64,000 nt of DNA, taken from positions 158,422 to 222,421 of the forward strand of contig JBIJDH010000013.1 in assembly GCA_044344255.1 (NCBI GenBank). The letters are read 5' to 3'. The first letter of the stretch is position 1; the number at the start of each line of letters is the position of its first letter. The position numbers and the translations under genes were made by a program. The notes below the pieces were generated by a model. That model was not told the origin of the DNA. It saw nothing but the letters and a program-made list of their open reading frames with translations, and searched no databases. Positions 16,956 through 25,959 of the stretch are shown one piece after another. Origin of the DNA: Myxococcota bacterium. Its GTDB lineage: Bacteria; Myxococcota_A; UBA796; UBA2385.

Positions 16956-18871
16956 TGGGGGCCCCCACCTGGCCCCCCACGCCGGAGGCGGCCCACCGCG
17001 CCACCCGCGACGAGTACGGCGAGGCGGCCCGCGCGGTCCTCGCCTTCGAGACCGACGAGGAGGCGGAGGTCGCGCTGCTCCGCCACTTCCTCCACGGCGC
17101 GCCGCCGAAGGAGCTCGGCAGCGGGGAGGCCGTCGGCACCACCCTCGTCGGGGAGGAGCGCGCGCTCTCGGCCTGGCTGCGCATGGTGAGCGGCGCCGAG
17201 GTGAGCCTCGCGGCCTCCGACCCGCCCACGACCGACGGCCGCAGCCTCTTCCTCCCGGCCGCCCTCCCCGCCCCGGCCCGGCCCGCCGAGGACAGCCTGC
17301 TCTACCGCGGGATGGCCCTCCTCCAGCTCGGCCTGCTGCAATGGGGCTTCTTACAGAGCCGCGCCCTGCTCGCGGAGCTGCACCGGGACTGGGTGTATCG
17401 GAGCTGCTACCACCTCCTGGCGGCCAGGGCGGTCTGCCACCTCTGGGCCCGTGGCTGGCCGGGGATCGCCGCCGATCTACGCGCCGTGGGCGTGCTCGAC
17501 GCCGCCGGACTGCTGCGGGTGAACGTAGCGCGGGTGCCGCTCCGCTCGGTGCCCGCAGACTTCCTGCCCCTCTACGAGGGACTGCTGCCCTTCGTCGGGC
17601 CCGCGGGCGCGGCGGGAGAGGCGGCGCGTCAGGCCCTCGCGGCGGTCGACCGAGTCTCCACGCCGGCCGCGGCCCCCCTCGTCGTCGCCGGTCAGGCCCA
17701 AGCGCTCCGGGCGGCCTTCCGCCAGCGACGGCTGGGGCCCCCTCCCCTGCCGGCCTGGCTGGGGGTGATCCGCCCGGAGTGGCTGCTCCACGACCTCCGC
17801 GCCGAGCTGCAGGCTGGCGAAGCCTGGAAGGCGGGCCCGAAGCCGCTCCAGCTGCTGCAGGCGGCGATGCGCCGCGGTGAGGGCCCGGGCGGGGTACCCG
17901 AACGGCTGCGCGCCCTGCTCCGAGGGGCCAGCCCACCACCGCGGGCCGCCGAGAGCGGGCCCAGCGACGAGGCCGCACCGCCCCCCGAGGCCGACGGGAG
18001 CAGCGTCTACGACGAGTGGAGCGAGCCGCGGGGCCGCTACCGCCTGGGGGTGACGCGGGTGGTGGAGGTCGACGCCCCGGGCGGCTCGCTCGAGCCCTAT
18101 CAGCGCCTCGCCGATGCGCACCGCACCGAGCGAGATGAGCTCAGACGCCGCTTCTCGGCCTTGCGGGTGGAGCCGCGTTGGCTGCACGCCCAGCCCGACG
18201 GCGCTGAGCTCGACCTCGACCGGGCCATCTCCGCCGCCGTCGATCGCCGGGCCGGTCACAGCGGCCGCGAAGATTGGCACACCCGCTTCGTGCGGGAGCG
18301 CTCCGCCGTCGCGATCCTGGTGCTGGTCGATGTCTCCGGCTCGACCCAGGGTGAGATCATCCGCCTCGAGCAGACCGCGCTCATCTTGCTGGAGGAGGGC
18401 CTCGACGCCCTCGGCTTCCCCCACGCCATCTACGGGTTCTCCAACCAGGGGCCGCGCGACTGCCGCTTCCAGCGCATCCAGGCCTTCGGCGAGCCGCGCT
18501 CGGAGGCCGTGTTCCGGCGCCTCGGCAACCTCCGGGCGGGCGGCGCCACCCGCCTCGGGGCCTTCCTCCGCCACGCCGGGCGGCGGCTCCAAGCCCGCGG
18601 GGAGGCCAAGAGGCTGCTGCTCGTCCTCTCCGACGGCCGCCCGCACTGTGAAGGGGAGTACCGCGACAGCTTCGGGGTGCGCGACAGCGCGATGGCGGTC
18701 GCCGAGCTGCGATCGCTGGGCGTGCTCACCCACTTCGTGAGCCTCGACCGCCAGGCCCGGGCCGCCGACTACCTCCGTGAGATCAGCGGCCCCACGGGCT
18801 TCCTCATCTTAGAGAGGCCCGACGAGCTCCCCCGCCGCCTGCCCGAGGTGCTGCGCCGTCTGCTGCGCTGA
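16955..18871 (+). CDS. NorD/CbbO-like vWA adaptor protein
   Basis: YDEW, DGAELDLD, MIDAS LVDVSGST, TRLGAFLRHA, LLVLSDGRP; TGATG overlap with the AAA+ gene. Confidence 0.88.
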   Translation: MGAPTWPPTPEAAHRATRDEYGEAARAVLAFETDEEAEVALLRHFLHGAPPKELGSGEAVGTTLVGEERALSAWLRMVSGAEVSLAASDPPTTDGRSLFLPAALPAPARPAEDSLLYRGMALLQLGLLQWGFLQSRALLAELHRDWVYRSCYHLLAARAVCHLWARGWPGIAADLRAVGVLDAAGLLRVNVARVPLRSVPADFLPLYEGLLPFVGPAGAAGEAARQALAAVDRVSTPAAAPLVVAGQAQALRAAFRQRRLGPPPLPAWLGVIRPEWLLHDLRAELQAGEAWKAGPKPLQLLQAAMRRGEGPGGVPERLRALLRGASPPPRAAESGPSDEAAPPPEADGSSVYDEWSEPRGRYRLGVTRVVEVDAPGGSLEPYQRLADAHRTERDELRRRFSALRVEPRWLHAQPDGAELDLDRAISAAVDRRAGHSGREDWHTRFVRERSAVAILVLVDVSGSTQGEIIRLEQTALILLEEGLDALGFPHAIYGFSNQGPRDCRFQRIQAFGEPRSEAVFRRLGNLRAGGATRLGAFLRHAGRRLQARGEAKRLLLVLSDGRPHCEGEYRDSFGVRDSAMAVAELRSLGVLTHFVSLDRQARAADYLREISGPTGFLILERPDELPRRLPEVLRRLLR

Positions 18872-18921
18872 CCCCGCCCGACGCGGCGGCGGCGCCCCCG
18901 CGCCGGCGGCAGCCCCCACAC

Positions 18922-19590
18922 CTACACGGACTGCCAGAGGAAGGCGGTGCCGTTCGGTGAACACTCCCGGGGGCAGACGAAGAAGTAACCTTCGCCGTCC
19001 TCTCCGAAGTTGTAGAGGCTGGGGTCGGCGTCGAGGTCTTCGGGGACCTGCCCGAGGAAGCGCATCGGCAGGTTGCAGCGCGGACAGGCCGGACGTTCGT
19101 CCAGCTCCAGCCACCAGGTCTGACCGAGGAGCTTCGGCCCCTCGGGGACAGCCTCCTGGTCGGCCTCGGTCCACTCGACAGGGTCATCGGGGGCGTCGCG
19201 CTCGTCCACCTCGCGCACCGCCCCGAGGCACCACTCCGCGAGGGGGGCGGCGGCAGGGTGCTCGGGGGCCGGGAGCAGCCGGGGAGGCACATCTCCCGTA
19301 ACCTGAGGTAACAGCGCGTTACACCCAGACTTCGGGTCGTCCGTGGCGCAGCGGCCGGCCGTGGCCGGGTTGTCGCACATGAACCAGGACAAGAGGGCCC
19401 AGCGCTTGAGGGGGGTGTGCTCCGGGTGCGCCGCGAGCTGACCGCAGAAGCGCATCGGAGAATTGCAGCCCTTACATCGAGGCCAGACCAGGGCGCCGAG
19501 GTCGGTGGGCAGACCGCCGAAGCGGGTCACGGGCGCGGGATCGCCCGGGCTCGCGGGGCGCGCGACCGAGAACACGAAGGAGGTGACCAC
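18922..19590 (-). CDS. DUF1963/YwqG-like protein with two CxxC repeats
   Basis: TRFGGLP...WPRCKGCNSPMRFCGQL; KLLG...PACPRCNLPMRFLGQV; NFGEDGEGYFF; terminal WQS. Confidence 0.65.
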   Translation of the reverse strand: MVTSFVFSVARPASPGDPAPVTRFGGLPTDLGALVWPRCKGCNSPMRFCGQLAAHPEHTPLKRWALLSWFMCDNPATAGRCATDDPKSGCNALLPQVTGDVPPRLLPAPEHPAAAPLAEWCLGAVREVDERDAPDDPVEWTEADQEAVPEGPKLLGQTWWLELDERPACPRCNLPMRFLGQVPEDLDADPSLYNFGEDGEGYFFVCPRECSPNGTAFLWQSV

Positions 19591-19592
19591 GC

Positions 19593-20435
19593 TCAGGCTC
19601 CGGCAGCGGTAGGTTCAGAGGTTGGGACCTGGATCTTCATCGAGAGGTCAACCCAGCGTGCCTGGTGGATGAGCCCGCCCATGCTCACGAGGTCAAGCCC
19701 GAGCGCCGCGAGGCCGGGGAGGCGCTCGCGGGTGATGTTGCCGCTGGCCTCGAAGAGGGCCCTCCCGCGCAAGTGGGAGATCACCTCGGCCATCGCCGCG
19801 TCGCTCATGTTGTCGAGCAACAGCACCTCGGCCCCCGCAGCGACGGCCTCCTCGGCCTGGGCCATCGACTGCACCTCCACCTCGATCCGCAGGAGGTGGT
19901 GGGCCCCCCGCCGCGCCGCCCGCAGCGCCGCCGTGATGCCGCCGGCGGCCACGATGTGGTTGTCCTTGATGAGGATGCCGTCGTAGAGCGCGAAGCGGTG
20001 GTTGGCACCCCCGCCGAAGCGCACCGCCCGTCGCTCGAGGGCTCGGAGCAGGGGCACCGTCTTGCGGGTGTCCGTGATCTTGAGCCCCGGCGCGGCTCGG
20101 ATCACATCGGCGGTGTGGGTCGCGATGCCCGAGAGGTGCATGAGCAGGTTGAGCGCCGTACGCTCGCCGGTGAGCAAGGCGCGGAGGGGGCCCTCGGCCC
20201 GCGCCACCACGGTGCCGGGCTCGACGGACTCCCCCTCCGCCTGGAGCGGCGTGTAGCGGGCACCGAGCTGGCGGAAGACCTCGGCGGCCGCCTCATGGCC
20301 GGCCACCACGAGCCGCTCCTTCGCGCGGACGAGGCCGACGCCCGTGGCGGTCGCCGGCACGGTCGCCTCGGTGGTGATGTCTGCCTGCCCGATGTCTTCG
20401 ATCAGGGCCTGTCGGATGAGCTCTTGAAGTTCCAT
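19593..20435 (-). CDS. nadC: Nicotinate-nucleotide pyrophosphorylase (quinolinate phosphoribosyltransferase)
   Basis: ERTALN, DTRKT, NHRFALYDGILIKDNH, EVEV, LLDN, EASG. Confidence 0.96.
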   Translation of the reverse strand: MELQELIRQALIEDIGQADITTEATVPATATGVGLVRAKERLVVAGHEAAAEVFRQLGARYTPLQAEGESVEPGTVVARAEGPLRALLTGERTALNLLMHLSGIATHTADVIRAAPGLKITDTRKTVPLLRALERRAVRFGGGANHRFALYDGILIKDNHIVAAGGITAALRAARRGAHHLLRIEVEVQSMAQAEEAVAAGAEVLLLDNMSDAAMAEVISHLRGRALFEASGNITRERLPGLAALGLDLVSMGGLIHQARWVDLSMKIQVPTSEPTAAGA

Positions 20436-20556
20436 CGGCTGGCACTATCCTGCGGGTGGGACGGAGTTGGATTAGGATCCTCCCGTCCAAGCCTGCGCGC
20501 TCCCCAAGCGGGAGCCGCGCACTCCTCTCACTCAGGCCTCTCACTCAGGAGCCCCC

Positions 20557-20934
20557 ATGGTCCGCACGATCAGCCTCTTCTTCGCTACCAGCCTCCTCGG
20601 CGTCGCCCTCGCCTGCCCCGGCGGCAAGTGCGCCGACGCAGACTGCGGAAAGACCGCCGAAGCTGGCACGGCCTCCGCCACCGACGTCGCCAAGGCGGAT
20701 GGCACCAAGGCCACCCTGACCGTCTCCGGCATGAGCTGCGGCTCCTGTGCGGGCAAGGTGCAGGCCAAGATCATGGGCGTGGACGGTGTGAAGGCCGCCG
20801 CGGTCGACGCCACCACCGGCAAGGCCCAGGTCGCCTACGACCCCGCCAAGACCAACCTCGACAAGGTCATCGCCGCGGTCGCCACCGCCGGCCACTTCAG
20901 CGCCACGGCCGACGCCCCCGCCAAGGTCAACTGA
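20557..20934 (+). CDS. Exported heavy-metal-associated (HMA) domain protein, MerP/CopZ-like
   Basis: Signal peptide; VSGMSCGSC metal-binding motif; AGGAG RBS. Confidence 0.88.
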   Translation: MVRTISLFFATSLLGVALACPGGKCADADCGKTAEAGTASATDVAKADGTKATLTVSGMSCGSCAGKVQAKIMGVDGVKAAAVDATTGKAQVAYDPAKTNLDKVIAAVATAGHFSATADAPAKVN

Positions 20935-21000
20935 GCCACCGTCCTCGCTCGAGCTGTTGAGGGCGCTCCCCTCGCGGCTCGGGCGAGCTGGGCCGCCGGC

Positions 21001-21780
21001 TCAGGAGCGGGACGCCTTCGCCTCGATCTCGGACAGGCGCTCGCGCACGACCCGGCTGGCCAGGTCAGGGAGCTGCTCCCTCACCGCCTCCTCCACCGCC
21101 GCGCTCACGAGCGCGCGGAAGGCCGCCGAGCCGCCGAGGGCCGAGCGCAGCACCCCCTCGACGACCTCCGGGAGCACCTCGAGGATGGCGCGCTCCATCG
21201 CCGGGCCGACGATCTCGGGATCGACGCTCACCAAGGGCGCGCTCCGGTAATCCCGCGGCAGGATGGTGGCGATCCGCTCCTCGCCCGTCGGCGGACCGCG
21301 CCGGTGAAAGGACCTCGGCTGTGACGGATCCTCGATGGGCATCAGGAGGTCGGGCGGCAGGTGCGGCACGATGACCGGCAGCTCGGCCGGCTCGATGCTG
21401 GCGGGCGGGAAGGGGCCGACCACACGCTCCATCTGCTGTCGCAGCGCCGCCGCCGAGAAGGGCTTGGCGATGTGTCCGCTCACCCCCGCCTCTTGGGCCC
21501 GCGTCGCGTTGTAGACCTCGAAGCCGCCCGTCATCAGCAGGATGGGGGCGTCGGGGTGGCGATCCCGCAGGTGGCGGGCGAGCTCATAGCCGTTCCCCCG
21601 CGGCAGAGAGGCCGAGGCCAACACACAGACGAGCTCCAGATCGTGGACGCGGGCCTCGACCTCCGCCGGCTCACGGGCCACCACGAGCCGGAAGGCAGAG
21701 CCCTCCAACGCCTCCTCCACACGACGGATGGTCGCGGGGTTGGGGTCGACGACGAGGACTACAGGGCTGGACATCGGCAT
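21001..21780 (-). CDS. RomR-like response regulator (pseudo-receiver, Pro-rich linker, helical C-terminus)
   Basis: REC with LLMTGGFEVYNATRAQEAG...AKPF; C-terminal EVLPEVVE and EQLPDLASRVVRERL resemble RomR; start uncertain (21774-21798). Confidence 0.7.
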   Translation of the reverse strand: MPMSSPVVLVVDPNPATIRRVEEALEGSAFRLVVAREPAEVEARVHDLELVCVLASASLPRGNGYELARHLRDRHPDAPILLMTGGFEVYNATRAQEAGVSGHIAKPFSAAALRQQMERVVGPFPPASIEPAELPVIVPHLPPDLLMPIEDPSQPRSFHRRGPPTGEERIATILPRDYRSAPLVSVDPEIVGPAMERAILEVLPEVVEGVLRSALGGSAAFRALVSAAVEEAVREQLPDLASRVVRERLSEIEAKASRS

Positions 21781-21814
21781 CCCAGGCAGGTGGGCCATCC
21801 TAGCACGGCGCGCT

Positions 21815-22759
21815 TCAATCCTGCACGACCGCGACGGCCACCGATCGGATCATCGTGGTCGCCTTGAGCCCGCCCTCCCCCTCTGCGGCAGCGCTGCGCT
21901 GGAAGGCGACGTAGAGGTTGTTCCGCTCGACCTCCAGCTCGGGGTCGAGGAGGTCCCAGACCGCGGAGTCGAGGGTGAAGCTGTCCCCCGCCGAGGCGTC
22001 GCAGGTGATGGCCTCCCAGGCCTCCCCCTCGCGCTCGCGGCGGATCTGCACCCAGACGGAGTCCCACTCATGGGCCTCCCAGCTGGCCGTGATCTCGTCG
22101 CCCCACTCGATGGTCGAGCCGCCCGTCTCCTCGTGGAAGGTCAGGCCGTCGAAGGAGACGTCGGGGACGGGCATCGGCGCGGGTGTCTGGATGCCCGTCA
22201 GATCGCCGGCCTCAACCAGCGTCGTGCCGCTGCCGAGCAGGGAGTCCACCTCCTGACAGGAGTGGACGTTGCTGAACACATCATCCTTGTAGAAGCCTGT
22301 TCCCACCGCCTCGAGCTCGCCGGTCGCGAGGTCGGTCTCCCAGCGGACCTGGTCATCGAGGCCAGGGATGTCCGCGGCCCCCTCGCCGGCCCCGCTCGGG
22401 AACATGTCGAGGTTGGCGGAGCAGCCGCCTGAGCTTGGGGGGGTCAGCTTGGCGAGGGCGTTGGGCGCGTACTCGAGCGTGACCGTCTCGGCGAAGACAC
22501 CCTGGTACACGCTGCCAGAGACGGAGTCCTCACACTCCCAGGTGTAGAGGTCGGTGATGAGCCGCGCGTCGCGGTCGTTCTCGGAGTCTTCATCGCCGAG
22601 CGAGCCCTTGCCCGAGCCGCAGCCCATGATGAGCCCGAGGCCGAGCACGGCGAGCCACGGAGGAGCGCTGCCCCCTGCCGGCCGACCGGGGAGCAGGGTG
22701 GCGGAGGGCGCGAGGCCCCGACAACCGAGACCGAACCGCAGAAGTGCCGAAGACAACAT
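21815..22759 (-). CDS. Hypothetical acidic lipoprotein
   Basis: Lipobox-like LGLIMGC, several Cys, very acidic; start uncertain. Confidence 0.7.
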   Translation of the reverse strand: MLSSALLRFGLGCRGLAPSATLLPGRPAGGSAPPWLAVLGLGLIMGCGSGKGSLGDEDSENDRDARLITDLYTWECEDSVSGSVYQGVFAETVTLEYAPNALAKLTPPSSGGCSANLDMFPSGAGEGAADIPGLDDQVRWETDLATGELEAVGTGFYKDDVFSNVHSCQEVDSLLGSGTTLVEAGDLTGIQTPAPMPVPDVSFDGLTFHEETGGSTIEWGDEITASWEAHEWDSVWVQIRREREGEAWEAITCDASAGDSFTLDSAVWDLLDPELEVERNNLYVAFQRSAAAEGEGGLKATTMIRSVAVAVVQD

Positions 22760-22891
22760 TGATTCCTCCACAGATAGAGCATACGCGACCGACGACGGGC
22801 CTGACCCGCCCGCCGTCAAGGATTTGCCAACCGCCTCTGGCCCTGGTCAGGCACGAGCCTACAGGCTACAGCCCCCCCCGGCCGTGCCAGT

Positions 22892-22977
22892 GGGGGCGTG
22901 GCGGAATGGTAGACGCGTTCGACTCAAAATCGAATGGCCGGAAGGTCTTGCGAGTTCAAGTCTCGCCGCCCCCACCA
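22892..22977 (+). tRNA. tRNA-Leu (CAA)
   Basis: Acceptor GGGGGCG/CGCCCCC-A-CCA; anticodon arm TTCGA-CTCAAAA-TCGAA; long variable arm; GTTCAAGT T-loop. Confidence 0.96.
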
Positions 22978-23002
22978 GCTCTCACCTGCTCTCACCTGCT
23001 CA
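22973..23002. repeat. 3 x 10-bp tandem repeat CACCWGCTCW starting in the tRNA 3' end
   Basis: caccagctct cacctgctct cacctgctca. Confidence 0.75.
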
Positions 23003-23049
23003 TCGGCCCCGTGGCTGCTCGTCGGCACGGTGGCCCGTCCGAGCAGCGG

Positions 23050-23694
23050 TCAGGCGGCTCGGCGCCGGAGCTCGGCCAGCGCCTCGATGGCCGCCGCGCA
23101 CTCTGCCTCGTTCTTGGTGCGCCCACGGCCGACGCCCATCTCCTCGCCGTTGACATGGACCTCCATCTCCCAGGTGCGCTCGTTGTCCGGGCCGGTGGCG
23201 CTCCGCACCGCGTACGTGGGCACGGGCCAGCCCAGTCGCTGGGCCATGTGCTGGAGGTCGGTCTTCGGGTGGGAGGTCTGCTCCGCGGCCGGTAACAGGG
23301 GCAGGAAGAGCTGGTTGACCAGCTCCTGGGTGGCCTCGAGGCCCTCGCGCTCGAAGATGGTGGCCAGGACCGCCTCGAAGGCCCCCGCGAGCACCTTCTC
23401 CTTGTTGCGGCCGCCCTGCAGCTCCTCGCCGTTGCCGAGGCGGACGTGCGGGCCGAGGCCCAGCTCGGCGCCGATGCGCGCCAGCACCTTGTTGTTGACG
23501 AGGTAACGACGGAGCTCGGAGAGGCGGTCTTCCCGGAGGGCCCGGCGCTCCTCGAAGAGGAGGCGGGACACACAGAGCTGGAGCACCGCATCCCCGAAGA
23601 ACTCGAGCCGCTCGTTGTTCTGGCCGCCCCGCTCGAGCGTCCAGGTGCTGTGAGTGAGCGCCATCGTGTACGCGGGCAAGGACCAGTCACGCAT
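23050..23694 (-). CDS. rnc: Ribonuclease III
   Basis: ALTHS, NNERLEFFGDAVL, FEAVL; dsRBD PKTDLQ...GRGRTKNEAECAAA. Confidence 0.93.
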   Translation of the reverse strand: MRDWSLPAYTMALTHSTWTLERGGQNNERLEFFGDAVLQLCVSRLLFEERRALREDRLSELRRYLVNNKVLARIGAELGLGPHVRLGNGEELQGGRNKEKVLAGAFEAVLATIFEREGLEATQELVNQLFLPLLPAAEQTSHPKTDLQHMAQRLGWPVPTYAVRSATGPDNERTWEMEVHVNGEEMGVGRGRTKNEAECAAAIEALAELRRRAA

Positions 23695-24847
23695 TGGGGG
23701 CTCCAGGCTCGGTCAGACCCGGCGGGCGGCTCGAGGCCGACCCGCCGAGCGACTCGGCAGATGAGAGTGCTTCGACCGAGTGGATCCACCCGCCGCCCAG
23801 GACCTCGTCCCCGGAGTAGATCACCACCGCCTGCCCGCGGGTGGCGGCGCGCGCGGGGGCGAGGAAGCGGAGGTCGACCACCGCCCCCTCCGAGCCCGCC
23901 TCGAGCTCCACTTCGACGGGCAGCAGGGCCCCGCGGTGCCGTAGGCGGGCGAGCACGGGCTCACCCGCGGCCGGCAGCCGGTGCCAGGTGAAGCCCTTGG
24001 CCCGAAGGCCTTGATGGCGGAGGCGCTCCTCCCCACCGACCACGACCCGGCGGCTCTCCGGCTCGACCCGCAGCACATAGAGCGGCGCCGCCGCAGCCAC
24101 GCCGAGGCCCCGCCGCTGCCCGACGGTGTATCGAAAGTAGCCGTCGTGGCGGCCGAGCACTCGGCCCTGCTCATCGACGATGTCGCCGGCGGCCTGGAGG
24201 TCGGGGCGCTGCTCCTTCACGAAGCGAGTGTGGTCATCATCCGGGATAAAGCAGGTCTCCTGCGACTCCGGCTTGTTCGCCACCGTGAGGCCGAGGCGGG
24301 CCGCGTGGGCCCGCACCTCCGTCTTCGTGAGGCCGCCGAGCGGGAAGAGGGTGGACAGCAAGGCCGACCGCTGGACCGGGAAGAGGAAGTAGCTCTGGTC
24401 CTTGTCGAGGTCTCGCGCGGTGAGGAGCCCGCCGCTCGGTGAGATGCGAGCGTAATGACCCGTGGCGAGGTGGGAGGCGCCCAGCGCCCGAGCTCGCTGC
24501 AGCAGGACCTGAAACTTGAGCACCCCATTACATTGCACGCAGGGGTTGGGCGTCGCACCGGAGACCCAGGACTCCGTGAAAGAGTCGATCACCGCTCGCT
24601 TAAATGCCTCCCGCAGGTCCATCACGTAGAAGGGGATGCCGAGGGTGTCGGCGACCCTCCGGGCGTCCCAGGAGTCGTCCAGGCCGCAGCAGTGCTTGCC
24701 GTCACCCGCGGCGAGTGCGGCGGAGGGATGCTCGGGCTGGTCGTGCAGCTTCATGTGCACGCCCACCACCTCGTGCCCCTGCTCCACCAGGAGGCCGGCG
24801 ACGACCGAAGAGTCCACTCCCCCGCTCATGGCGGCTACGACGCGCAC
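23687..24847 (-). CDS. mnmA: tRNA 2-thiouridylase MnmA
   Basis: AMSGGVDSS, TPNPCVQCN, ATGHYA, KDQSYFL, ESQETCF, TVGQRRGLG. Confidence 0.97.
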   Translation of the reverse strand: MRVVAAMSGGVDSSVVAGLLVEQGHEVVGVHMKLHDQPEHPSAALAAGDGKHCCGLDDSWDARRVADTLGIPFYVMDLREAFKRAVIDSFTESWVSGATPNPCVQCNGVLKFQVLLQRARALGASHLATGHYARISPSGGLLTARDLDKDQSYFLFPVQRSALLSTLFPLGGLTKTEVRAHAARLGLTVANKPESQETCFIPDDDHTRFVKEQRPDLQAAGDIVDEQGRVLGRHDGYFRYTVGQRRGLGVAAAAPLYVLRVEPESRRVVVGGEERLRHQGLRAKGFTWHRLPAAGEPVLARLRHRGALLPVEVELEAGSEGAVVDLRFLAPARAATRGQAVVIYSGDEVLGGGWIHSVEALSSAESLGGSASSRPPGLTEPGAPNA

Positions 24848-25959
24848 GGAGACCCCGCTTGCCCTCCCTCGCCCGGCGCGCTGTCGCCACGGATCTGCCG
24901 CAGCACGCGGCCGAGGGCCGAGAGGGCCAATCCCACATCGTTACCCGGTCCGAGAGAGAAGCGCACCGGGACGCCAGAGAGGCCCATCGCCCGCAGGGCC
25001 GGGCTGGCCTCGGCGGCCCCCGATGCGCATGCGGCGCCGGTGGAGGTCTGGACACCCTCGAGATCGAGCGCCATCACGATGAGATCGCCGGGCTCGGGGA
25101 AGAGGAGCAGGCTGGTGTTGGGGAGGCGAGGCGCGCCCGCCCCCACCACCCGCGCGCCGTGGAGACGCGCGAGCGCCTCGATGCGGTCTCGATCATCGGC
25201 GAGGCACCGCTCAAGCCCCGCCGCCGCGACGCCCATCCCGACGATCCCCGGGACGTTTAAGGTCCCGCCGCGACGACCGCGCTCTTGGGAGCCGCCGCGC
25301 AGGAGGGGACGGAGGCCGAGCGCGGAGACGAGCAGCCCGACGCCCTTCGGTCCGCCGAACTTGTGCGCCGAGAGCGTGAGGAGCTCCGGCTCCACCGGGA
25401 TGGCAACGCGCCCCGGCGCCTGGGTGGCGTCGCAGTGGAGCGGGACCCCGTGAGCACGGCAGAGGCGGGAGATCTCGGCGATCGGCTGGATGACGCCGGA
25501 CTCGTTGCTGGCCGCCATCACGCTCACGAGGGAGAAGCGCCGCGGGCCGCCGAGGAGACGGTCGAGGGCGTCGAGGCGCACCACCCCATCGGCGTCGACC
25601 GGGATCTGGTGGTCCGACCAAGCGAGCACGGAGGGGTGCTCCACCGCCGAGACCAGGAGGGTCCCCTCCCCCGCCGCGGCGTGGAGGGCCAGCGCGTTGG
25701 CCTCGGTCGCGCCGCTCGTGAACACCAGGGCCCGAGGGTCCCGCCCCACCAGCGCCGCGACCTGCTGGCGTGCTCGGTCCACGGCCATCGCCGCCTCCCG
25801 GCCCGCCCGGTGCGGAGAGCTCGGGTTTGCCCACCAGCGCGCCTCGGCCTCCCGCACGGCCGCCTGCACCTCCAGGCGCATCGGGCTGGTGGCGTTGTGG
25901 TCGAAGTAGGCGGCCGCGCCCGCCTCCGCCGGGAGGCGAGCGCGGGCTCCCCCGCTCAG
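24835..25959 (-). CDS. Cysteine desulfurase (IscS/NifS class V PLP enzyme)
   Basis: YFDHNATSP (upstream of the track start), NPSSPH, FTSGATEAN, HCDATQA, SAHKFGGPKG, STGAACASG; the CTG start at 25959 is inferred. Confidence 0.9.
   Translation of the reverse strand: MSGGARARLPAEAGAAAYFDHNATSPMRLEVQAAVREAEARWWANPSSPHRAGREAAMAVDRARQQVAALVGRDPRALVFTSGATEANALALHAAAGEGTLLVSAVEHPSVLAWSDHQIPVDADGVVRLDALDRLLGGPRRFSLVSVMAASNESGVIQPIAEISRLCRAHGVPLHCDATQAPGRVAIPVEPELLTLSAHKFGGPKGVGLLVSALGLRPLLRGGSQERGRRGGTLNVPGIVGMGVAAAGLERCLADDRDRIEALARLHGARVVGAGAPRLPNTSLLLFPEPGDLIVMALDLEGVQTSTGAACASGAAEASPALRAMGLSGVPVRFSLGPGNDVGLALSALGRVLRQIRGDSAPGEGGQAGSPCAS

Noticed and set aside
16182..18871. Evidence for denitrification or Calvin-cycle carbon fixation
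   Set aside because: No nor or cbb structural genes in the window; chaperones alone do not establish a pathway
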